From Hyaloraphidium curvatum SAG 235-1 (lineage: Eukaryota > Fungi > Monoblepharomycota), in NCBI GenBank assembly GCA_025558095.1, contig JAIVFI010000005.1, forward strand, positions 1 through 64,000: DNA of 64,000 nt, written 5' to 3'. Shown here in pieces: positions 55,140-64,000 of this stretch. The notes beneath the pieces were generated by a model. That model saw nothing but the letters and a program-made list of their open reading frames with translations, was not told the DNA's origin and ran no database searches. Position numbers and translations under genes: made by a program. The first letter of the stretch is position 1. Every line of letters starts with the position of its first letter.

Positions 55140-57544
55140 ATGTCGTCGTCGACAAACAAGCGGCCGCCGCCGCCGCCCCCTCCCAAGCCGCCCACGGCGG
55201 GCGGCGGGTCGCCCACTGGAAAGCGGAACCCGCCTCCTCCTCCGCCCGGGCCGAGACCGACCTACGTGCCGATGGACACGATGGCCTCATCGCCGACCTC
55301 GTCCTCTGACGAACCTATCCTGTACCCCGGGGAGGAGCCCGTGGTGACGGCGCCCGCAGTGACGGCACCTCCGGTCACCAAGCGCCCGCCTCCTCCTCCC
55401 CCGCCCGTGGCCAACCCCGTGGTTGCCTCCTCTCCCGCCTCCTACACACCGACGACCGCGTACGGCTCGTACGGCTCCACCGGGACCACCCCCCTGGCCC
55501 CGGCCGCCGACACCGCGCTGGCCTACTCTTCATCCAACGCCTCGCGCACCACCACCGCCTCGACCGCCGCCACTTTGGTCTCCACCGCGGAACCCAAGGA
55601 CCCCTACAAATCCGCGTACATCGACCTCGAGGGCCCCACCGACCCGCTCAGCTCCGGCACGGGCAAGCCCAAGAAGCAGCAAAAGAAGTGGCTCGGCCTG
55701 TACTGGTGGATCTGGCTCATCATCGGCTCCGTGGCGGCGCTGGCGCTGGCGATCGGGATTGCCGTGGCCGTGGTGAACAGCAAGAACGCACAGCAGTCGG
55801 CTGCGGCCGGCGTCGGGAGCGGGGCGGGGGCGACGACAGGGATCGTGCAAGCGACCACGGATGCGGCGGCGTCGAGCAGCGCCGTCGCAGCGACGACCAC
55901 CCGCGCGACGAGCGCAGCGTCGCCCGTGGCAACCTCGCCGGCGGTGAGCTCGGCGGCGGCGACTTCGGCGGCCCCCTCGCGGACCACGGCCCTGGCGACC
56001 ACCCCGCTCGCCGTCACCTCCGCCTCGCGCACCGCGCTGGGAACCACCTCGGCCCTCGCGACCGGCACCACCTCGGCCCTCGCGACCGGCACCACCTCGG
56101 CCCTCGCTACCGGCACCCGCGCTCTTGCCCCCCCGACCATCGCCACCGTGACCCCGACGGACTTTGTCGCACCCCTCGTGCTGGGACCGCGTGCGTTCCC
56201 CACGGCGAGGGCCGTCGCGGACGACGGGACCAAGTGGACCGTGGAGGTCGGGGAGTACGGCCTCGTTCCGAACAACTTCGGGGAGCTGGACGACTTTTTG
56301 CACACCGTGCCGGATTCCTTCGTGGGTTGCTGGAACGTGCCGGTGTTTTGCATTCTCTGACCCGCATGCAGACCCCCGCGCTTCCCTCGAGCAACCCCCA
56401 ACCCGGCCAATCCCACTTCTTCATCTACTCCGAGTCCTCCAACCACCGCTCCGTCGGCACCGGCCCCTTCCCCGAGAACCAGACCCTGTTCGCGCCCTCG
56501 CGCCCCGGGGGCTGGTCGCAGATCATCTTCGGCGGGCGGAACGAGAGCTCGCCGCTGCCGACCAACGGGGGCGCGTGGCTGATGGCCGTCGCGAGGCATC
56601 CAATCAAGGGGGGTTCGAACCTGGTCGGATTCTACCACGCGCAGGGTTCGTCTTCCCCGTTACGGGTCGCAGGCGCCCGCTCACCGTTCCCGTTCGGCAG
56701 ACCACATCTTCGGGGACCCGGCCAGGGGCAACGCGACCATCACCGACGCCGCCGGCGAGGCGTGGAAGTTCGTCGGCGTGGCGTATTCCCCCGACGACGG
56801 CGTCACCTGGACCGACGGCGGCATCATCCTCTCCTCGGTCGTCCCCAAGCCTTCCGTGCCCACCTGGGGAGGATTGGGAGACTTTGGCGCCGTTTGGGAT
56901 TGGAGGGCGCAGCACTGGAAGATCTACTTCAAGGAACAGCAGAAGATCGGCGTCGCGATTTCGACGGACCCGGATGCCCGCAACGGGACGTGGTACAAGT
57001 GGCGCTGGATGGGTTCCAACCTCGCCGAGCCCGACGTCTCGGACTGGCCGCTGGGGCAGAAGGAACCCCCGGGCCCCGAATGGAACAGCCCCGGCCTCGG
57101 CGGGGTGTACACGGGCCTTCCGGGGATGACCGACGTGCCCGGTGCCAACCCCGGCTGCCACTGGAACACCTACCTCGAGTCGTGGGTGTGCATATGGAAC
57201 AGCTGGGACACGACGGAGCCGGGGATCGTGCCGCGGTCGCTGTACATCGCGTCGTCGCTGGACGGGCTGCACTGGTCCGAGCCCAGGCTGCTGGTGGGGC
57301 CCAAGTGCCCGACGAGCAAGGCGTGGCATGCGACGGTGATCAGCGAGGAGGGGGGCAGCGAGTTCGCGGGGAAGAGGGCGAGGCTGTACCACTCGGATTG
57401 CTGTGAGTTGCCGGTCGGGTGCGGTGGCTTCGCCGGTGCTGACTTGGTTTTCGATCAGGGGTCGCCGATACCGGGGTCGGCCGCTTCAGGGACGGCCGCG
57501 AGTGGGTGGCCAGGGATATCGAGTTCACTAGGACGGACGAGTAG
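55140..57544 (+). CDS. Type II membrane protein: Pro-rich N-terminus, TM, Ser/Thr stalk, beta-propeller glycosidase-like domain
   Basis: TM WWIWLIIGSVAALALAIGIAVAV; Asp-box-like AYSPDDGVTW and SSLDGLHWSEP; LVGFYHA. Confidence 0.65.
56040..56118. repeat. 24-bp coding tandem repeat (GTTSALAT x3)
   Basis: GGCACCACCTCGGCCCTCGCGACC units seen directly. Confidence 0.9.
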
Positions 57545-57760
57545 GCGGCCGCCGGGACGCGGTCGGGCTGTTTATCGCTAGTGTATGCCGTGCTGTTGGA
57601 ATGCGTGATTGGCTATGAAGCTTCGAGAGCGATGGAGTCTTTGGGTGGTGTGGACAACAGCGGCTGGCGCGGACCATCGCGGGCGACAGTTTGCCCCGCC
57701 GAACAACTGCTCGGAGCGTCTCGAGCAGCGAATCGCGCCCTCCGACGCGCGTTTCCCGCC

Positions 57761-60376
57761 ATGGACGGTCTCATGAGCAACGTTCCCTCGCTGCTCGGCG
57801 GCATCCTGACCTCCCGGGCGGCCACACTCGGGGTCGGCGGCCTCCTCGGTGCAGCATACATCGACGCCCGGCTCGGCATCTCGCAGGATGTTCGGACCGT
57901 CGTGCGCGGCGCCAAGGTCGCCAAGATGCTCGAGGCCATCGCCAAGTCGGGCCGGTGGAACCCGTCGTACCGCTGGTCCGAGTCGGTCGCGCAGTGGCCA
58001 GACCGCCCCGCCTTCCGGACGCCGGCGATCGAGGAGGGCGACCCGGGAAGGACGTGGACCTACGCCGAGGCGGACGCCGCCATCGACAAGTACGCAAAAT
58101 ACCTTAAGGAGGAGGTCGGGGTCAAGTTCGGGGACCGCGTCGGACTCGTGTTCGAGGTGGGACTCCCGGCGCGGTCTGCCGAGTGTCTCCCCAACGGTTG
58201 CCCCGCAGAACACGGTCCAGTACCTCATGCTGCTGCTAGCCATTCAGAAGCTCGGCGCGATCCACGCGCCTCAGGTGCGCTTGCCGTCGTGGACTGGGCT
58301 GGACCGGAAACTGACCCGACTCCGGATCACGCGAACTTGACCTTCTGCCACATCAACGCGACTTCCGTCGCCCAGAACTTCTCCCTTCGCGGCAACGGCT
58401 TCATCCACTGCGTCTCGATCGTCTCGGCCTCGGCCGTCATCTTTGAGGACAAGTTCTCGGTGATCTTCGACGACGAGGTCGTCTCTGCGCTCAAAAGCAA
58501 GAATGTCCGGCTCTACTGCTTCGACTTTAGCGGCGGGCGGAGCAAGGTCGGCGTGCCGGTGGACGGCACGTTCAGCGAAGCGGAGCTCGAGCGGCGCTAC
58601 CCCGGCCGCGTGGAACCACCGAACGAGGAGGAGGGCAGGAAGCTCACGCAGGCGGACAGCACGTGCCAGATCCTGTACACTTCAGGGACCACGGGGCTGC
58701 CCAGCGGGTGTTGCAGCTCTCATGTGCGATGGTTCTGGCGCCCTGACGGAGCTCCGCTTCCCAGAGGGTGCCAGGCACCAGGCTTTCTACCTCGACCGGA
58801 TCTGCTACTCGTTCGCCGAGATTTTCCAATGCTTCAACACCCCGGAGGAAGTCACCATCTGCGTGCTGCCGCTGGTTGGTCGCTCGCTTGTGCCGCACAG
58901 TGGCGGGCTCCGGCTGACGTCCCGCCAGTACCACGCCCAGGGGCTCGGGTCGTTCTACAACACCATGACCCACGGCGGCTGCTTCATCGTACGTATCCTT
59001 CCCGGGTGTTGAGAGGACGATCTGGCTCACACTACTTCGTCGAAAGCCGGTTCGCAAGTTCTCGGCCCGCCGCTTCTGGTCCGACTGCGTCCGCCTGGAC
59101 GTCACCGCGTTCATATACCTCGGTAGGGACCCACGGCAGCCGGTGTTTCGGCTGCACCTCACCGTCACGTACCCGCAGGCGAGATCATCCGCTACCTCAT
59201 GGCCGTGCCCCCTTCCCCCGAGGAGAAGCGGCACAAGGTCCGCCGCATCGTCGGCGCCGGCATCCGCGGAGACATCTTCGCGCAGGTCAAGGAGCGTTTC
59301 AACCTGGACCGCATCTCCGAGTTCTACGCGGCCTCGGACGGCACCGCCTTCACGGGATTTACGTGGTGGGGCGGGCAGGACGGCGTCGGTGCCGTGGGTC
59401 AGAGCGGCTGGCTGGTTGAGAAGCTAGGGGCGACGCCAGTGATCGTCAAGTACGATCCGATCAAGGAGGAGCTGGTGAGGGATCCGGCGACGGGGCTGTG
59501 CATCAAGTGCAAGAGGGGCGAGATCGGGGAGGTCATCGGACAGTGTTAGTCACTACCGAGGGCGTCCGCTCACGTTCCTCGGTGACTTCTTGTTCGATTG
59601 CGATTGCAGACGATCCTTCGCTCCCCGGGCAACCGCACTACTGGGCGAATCCCGAGGCGGTGGAGAAGAAGGTGTGACAGTCTGTTCGTTGGCCTTCGCT
59701 GGCCTGACGCGCAATGCTCTTCCAGATCTACCGCGACGTGCTCAAGAAGGGCGACATGTGGTGGCGATCCGGTGACCTGATGATGCAGGACGAGAACGGG
59801 TATTACTACGTGGGTCCTCCCGCCTTCCGCCGTCCCCAGCGCTTTGCTGACTTCATGACGCTTGATGGCAGTTCATGGACCGGATCGGCGACACCTTCCG
59901 CTGGCGCGGCGAGAACGTCAGCACGTTCGAGGTCGGCAACGCCATGACCGAGTTCCAGCCGCTGCAGGAGGCCAACGTCTACGGGGTCAAGGTTCCTGGC
60001 GCCGAGGACGGGCGCGCGGGGATGGCCATGGTCACCCTGCGCGACGAGTACAAGGGCGCCGACGTGGAGGCGCTGATGCGCGAGCTTGGGAGGCACACGG
60101 CGAAGAAGCTGCCGCGGTACGCGGTGCCGATCTTCATCCGGCTGGCGGACGAGATGGAGATCACAGGTCGGCGTGGTCGTCCTTTGCCGCGGGCTTGGCT
60201 TTACCGAGACTCCCTCAGGAACCTTCAAGCACCGCAAGGTCGAGTACCAGAAGGAGGGCATGGACCCCTCAGTCATCAAGGAGCGGCTTTTTTGGATGCC
60301 GCCGGGCAGGGACGAGTACGTGCCGTTCGGCAAAACGGAGTACGCCTCGCTTTCGAGCCTCAAGGGCAAGTTGTAA
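57761..60376 (+). CDS. FAT1: Very-long-chain acyl-CoA synthetase / fatty acid transport protein, multi-exon, ends -GKL
   Basis: Motifs LYTSGTTGLP, EFYAASDG, RDPATGLCIKC, GDMWWRSGDL, DRIGDTFRWRGENVST, GRAGMA, TFKHRK. Confidence 0.9.
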
Positions 60377-60534
60377 CGCGCTCGCGAACCAATTGTGTAT
60401 CGCATTGGCTTATGGATACATTTGACTCCCCGCCGGTCAAGATCCATCTTCTTCGTTTATCGCACGGTGACGCAGGTGGCGCGGCAACCACGGGGAAAAC
60501 TCCGGCTGCCTCCCATCGCTTGCCACAAACAAAC

Positions 60535-61596
60535 ATGTCCACCGGGAAACGGCTCTCGAAGCGCACGCAGTCCATTGAAGGCAGAGTGGCCTTGGTCACG
60601 GGCGGTGCCAGCGGGTGGGAGTCGCCGGAATGCGTCGCGAGAAGCTCGAAAGACTGACCCGTCTCGCTCCGCCGTCCGGGGTGTTTCAACGCGTCTAGCA
60701 TCGGCCGCGCGGTCTGCCACGTTCTCTCTGACTACGGAGCCAAGATTGCAGTCGTCGACTTGGGCCAGGAACGGTGCGACGTGGTCGTCAAGGAAATCAA
60801 CGACTGCCACGGAGCCGGACGCGCCAGAGGCTGGCACTGCGACGTGCGCAGCACGGCCGAAGTGCAGAAAGTCACGGACGAGGTCGCCTCCGCCTTTTCC
60901 CGCATCGATTTCCTGATCAACTGCGCGGGCATCGGCGGACAGCGTGCCAGTCTCGAAAAGAGCTCGCTGGACGAATTCCTCAAGTCGCTCGAAGTCACCG
61001 TGGACGTAAACCTGACTGGCACGTGCCGTTTCATCGCGACTTGCACGCCGTACCTCGTCAAGGCCGCTGCCGAGAGGCCCGAGGGCGTCGGACCGGCTCC
61101 GGATGGCACGTCTCGGATCATCAATATCGCCTCTGTTGCCGGTCTCTTCACGACGGGCGGATACGGCTACGATGCCAGCAAGCACGCCGTCGTCGGAATC
61201 ACCAAGACCGCATGCGCCGAGCTCGGCCCGAAGGGCATCACGACAAACTGCATCTGCCCGGGCCTGGTCAAGACGGGAATGACGGCCGGCGCCCACGACC
61301 TGTTTGACGACATGGGCAAGCTGACCCCGGCCATGCGTGCTGCGGATCCCGAGGACATTGCCCAGGTTATCTACCACCTGTGCACTCCGGCTAGCGGGTT
61401 CGTCAACGGCGTGAGTTGGAGTGCCTCCCGCGTTCTGCTTCGGCTGATCGAAGTGGCGCAACAGGAATGGATCTGCGTCGACGGAGGGTGGACCAAGATC
61501 TTTGCGGCGAACTGGCCCTATGTCAATATCAACGGGACGTGGGAGGAGAGAGGAGCCTCGTTCGTCAACCGCGGAGGTGCTACCGGTTCGTCTTGA
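60535..61596 (+). CDS. Short-chain dehydrogenase/reductase
   Basis: Motifs VTGGASGIG, LINCAGI, IINIASVAG, YDASKHA, ICPG, VDGG. Confidence 0.9.
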
Positions 61597-61765
61597 GCTC
61601 GGCAAGGCGGAGTACGGCCGACACCGGCCGCCTGGGCACGGCCACGAGCGCCGCTCGCGAGCCTCAAGGGCAAGTTGTGACGCTTACCCGATCGAACCGT
61701 GTATCGTACTGCTCATGACTACATCCGTGACCTCGTAAGAGCCTTGGCTGAAGACCGCGTCCTCG

Positions 61766-62803
61766 CTAGGCCGCCTCCGCGGGCCTGCCCTTCCTCGCCT
61801 CCGCCAACTTTCGGCAGATCTCCTTGTGCTCCGGCCAATCCCGCTTCTGGCATTCTTTCGAGCAGTACCTCGCCATGCGGCACGCAGAGCACCGCATCAG
61901 GCCTTCCTTCTCGTCGGCAGCCGCGACCTTGCACCGCCAGCACTCGCCGGGCTTCTCCGTGCGCCCTCGCATCGAATTGGTTCGGGCAATCGCGGCTCGT
62001 ATACGGGCCTCAGCTCCGCAAGGCTCGATCATCGGGTCTCCGCAGATCGGATACAGCTCCGCCGTGAGCATGGCAACGGAAATGTCAGCGTCCTCGAAGT
62101 TCGTAGCTGCACTGCCGCTACCGGCTCGGATGCCGATGCCTCCTGCGTAGACGAACTCCTTGGCAATCTTGGAGCAGGCGAAGCATTTGAAGGATCCGGC
62201 GCGGAAGAAGCGATCGACGGCGACGAACATGTCCGGATCGGCCAACTGCGTGAGGATCTCCAAGTGCACGGGCGGCTGCAGCGCCATGGCGCTGACCATG
62301 ACCGGGACGTAGGAGATTTCGTTTGAAGGTATCACGGTGATTTGGAGGGGCATCTCCTGCTTCTCCATGGCCTTGCCGGTCGCTTCCGGCCCGAGTTTCA
62401 AGCTCATGTTGGCAGCAATCTTCGTCTGCTTCACTGCCGTCTCCAGGCACTCTTCTCTTTCCTGGCAGTAAGGATGCGAGACAACTTGGAGAAAGAACTG
62501 GTCGGTCTTCCCGCGGCCGGTCGGATCGCCGAGTCCCATAGCGATGATGTCCGCCGAAAAGGCGGTAGGCCTGCGGCAGCCCGCGCGGCAGCACAACGCC
62601 TTCCCCGTATTGGCGACTGATTTCTTCCAAGCCTCCACTTCGGGCAGGTAGTCGAAGAGCCTCCCCTTCCCCGTCGACCCGGCTTCGTGGGCGGCTGCGG
62701 CGGCAGCCCTGGGCACCCGGAAGAGGCGCTCCGCGACCGTGGGAGCCCCGGAGCCATCGGGAGAGTTGCCGGCGACGATGACGCGGGCCAGGAGGTCCTC
62801 CAT
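61766..62803 (-). CDS. MYND zinc-finger protein
   Basis: CWRC...CSACRMARYCSKECQKRDWPEHKEIC. Confidence 0.85.
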   Translation of the reverse strand: MEDLLARVIVAGNSPDGSGAPTVAERLFRVPRAAAAAAHEAGSTGKGRLFDYLPEVEAWKKSVANTGKALCCRAGCRRPTAFSADIIAMGLGDPTGRGKTDQFFLQVVSHPYCQEREECLETAVKQTKIAANMSLKLGPEATGKAMEKQEMPLQITVIPSNEISYVPVMVSAMALQPPVHLEILTQLADPDMFVAVDRFFRAGSFKCFACSKIAKEFVYAGGIGIRAGSGSAATNFEDADISVAMLTAELYPICGDPMIEPCGAEARIRAAIARTNSMRGRTEKPGECWRCKVAAADEKEGLMRCSACRMARYCSKECQKRDWPEHKEICRKLAEARKGRPAEAA

Positions 62804-62896
62804 TGGGCAAGTTGGACCGCCACGTCGTCGCACGAAAGCCTTTTGGATATGGCGCGCGGCCGGCTGCGTCGATCCGCGGGAGTTGAGCCGCACCTT

Positions 62897-64000
62897 ATGA
62901 AACAGGCTCACATCGCGCTCGAATCGCTCCGAATCGCGACTGCTGCCAGCGGCTCTCGTCTCTCCACTTCGTTCTCTTCAGCTCGCGGGCCCTTCCGTCC
63001 GCTCCCCCGCGTTCCGCGTCGCCCCGCGGCCCCGGCCACCTCGCGCTTTTTCGGATCTTCCCGGCACCTCCTATCCAACGACCAGCCCTCCGACAAACCC
63101 TCGAGCGACGAAATGGCCTCCAACCAGTGGATCCCGCCGCCCAAGATCGAGGACCTCTACGCCGCGACCGCCGGTGGGCCTGCCGCCCGCAACGTCTCCC
63201 ACGCCAATTACTCACCCGTTTATTGCCCTCCAACCTGGCCGTTTCCCTTCTGGTCACTGCCATTGCCAACGGCTTTCGTCGCCCCGCCCGATTCCCTCGC
63301 AGGCAACAACTTCAGCGCCATAAACGCGCCCACAGCCGGCTCCCGCGTCGAGCAGGAGCTCCCCCGCGGCGCCGCGCCGTTCCAGCTGTACTCGCTGAGC
63401 ACGCCCAACGGGCAAAAGGTCGGGATCATGCTGGAGGAGCTGGGGATCGACTACGACGCCCACGGTGGGATCTCTGCGCCGATGTGTCGCGGTTCGGGCT
63501 GACGATGGCCGGCAGTGATCAACATCGGCAAGGGCGACCAGTTCCAGTCGGGCTTCGTCTCCCTGAACCCGAACTCGAAGATCCCGACTGCTGTCGACTA
63601 CGCGCCCAAATCCGGCGGCGACCCAATCCGCCTGTTCGAGAGCGGCTCCATCGTGATGTACCTCGCCGAGAAGTACGGGAAGTTCCTGCCCAAGGACGAG
63701 CACTTGAGGGCGGAAATTTTCAACTTTGTCTTCTGGCAGATGGGCAGCCAGGGCCCGATGTCTGGTGGGCCGACTCCCCGTTTCATCTTGCCCCCATTGC
63801 TGACGACCCTTCCCATTCCAGGCCAGTTCGGCCACTTCTTCGTCTACGCCCCTCCGGAGAAGCACGAAACCCGTGCCTACGGCTCGGCGCGCTACGGCAT
63901 GGAGGTCCAGCGGCTGTGCGATATGCTCGACAAGCACCTCTCCGGCTCGCTCCCCGGCTCCAAGGGCCCGCGGAAGTACCTCGTCGGCGAAGAGTACACG
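62897..64000 (+). CDS. YghU/YfcG-like (Nu-class) glutathione transferase / disulfide oxidoreductase, 3'-partial; second ATG at 63113
   Basis: Motifs INAPTAG, QLYSLSTPNGQKV, NPNSKIP, LFESGSIVMYLAEKY, FWQMG, FGHFFVYAP, YLVGEEY. Confidence 0.9.

Noticed and set aside
56040-56118. Short repeats as a CRISPR-like guide array
   Set aside because: Contiguous coding repeats with no spacers; no CRISPR array seen anywhere in the window.
1-64000. Prokaryotic origin of the window, or rRNA/tRNA genes
   Set aside because: Spliceosomal introns occur throughout; no rRNA or tRNA recognised by eye.

Overview
GC-rich eukaryotic genomic DNA. Genes carry short (~45-65 nt) GT-AG introns with CTGAC/CTGAT branch sites, and the gene content is fungal; an early-diverging, chytrid/monoblepharid-like fungus is my inference. 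The left 13.5 kb is mobile DNA, all on the minus strand. (i) 13418->5046 is what appears to be ONE six-exon gene of ~2,697 aa. It fuses an IS630/Tc1-mariner DDE transposase (N-terminus) to zinc fingers and a Fanzor/TnpB-type RuvC nuclease (C-terminus) that retains all three predicted catalytic residues. Five canonical introns remove every stop and frameshift between the ORF-track fragments, and a hairpin-rich candidate omegaRNA locus follows the stop. (ii) Immediately downstream begins a CRE-like non-LTR retrotransposon with three start/stop-coupled ORFs that runs off the left edge. The remaining ~50 kb is host DNA. It includes three paralogous gustatory-receptor-like/DUF3537-like multi-TM genes, two of them head-to-head with a bacterial-type nucleotide cyclase or its pseudogene. 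It also includes an LPMO-like His1 protein with a CBM2-like tail, a BVMO, an EGF-repeat protein, kinases, ADH, a CCCH/F-box protein, LDAH, panC, enoyl-CoA isomerase, prephenate dehydratase, a beta-helix protein, FAT1, an SDR, a MYND protein and a YghU-like GST. Two junctions join pairs of 5'-truncated divergent genes. Exon boundaries were read by eye and no database searches were run.
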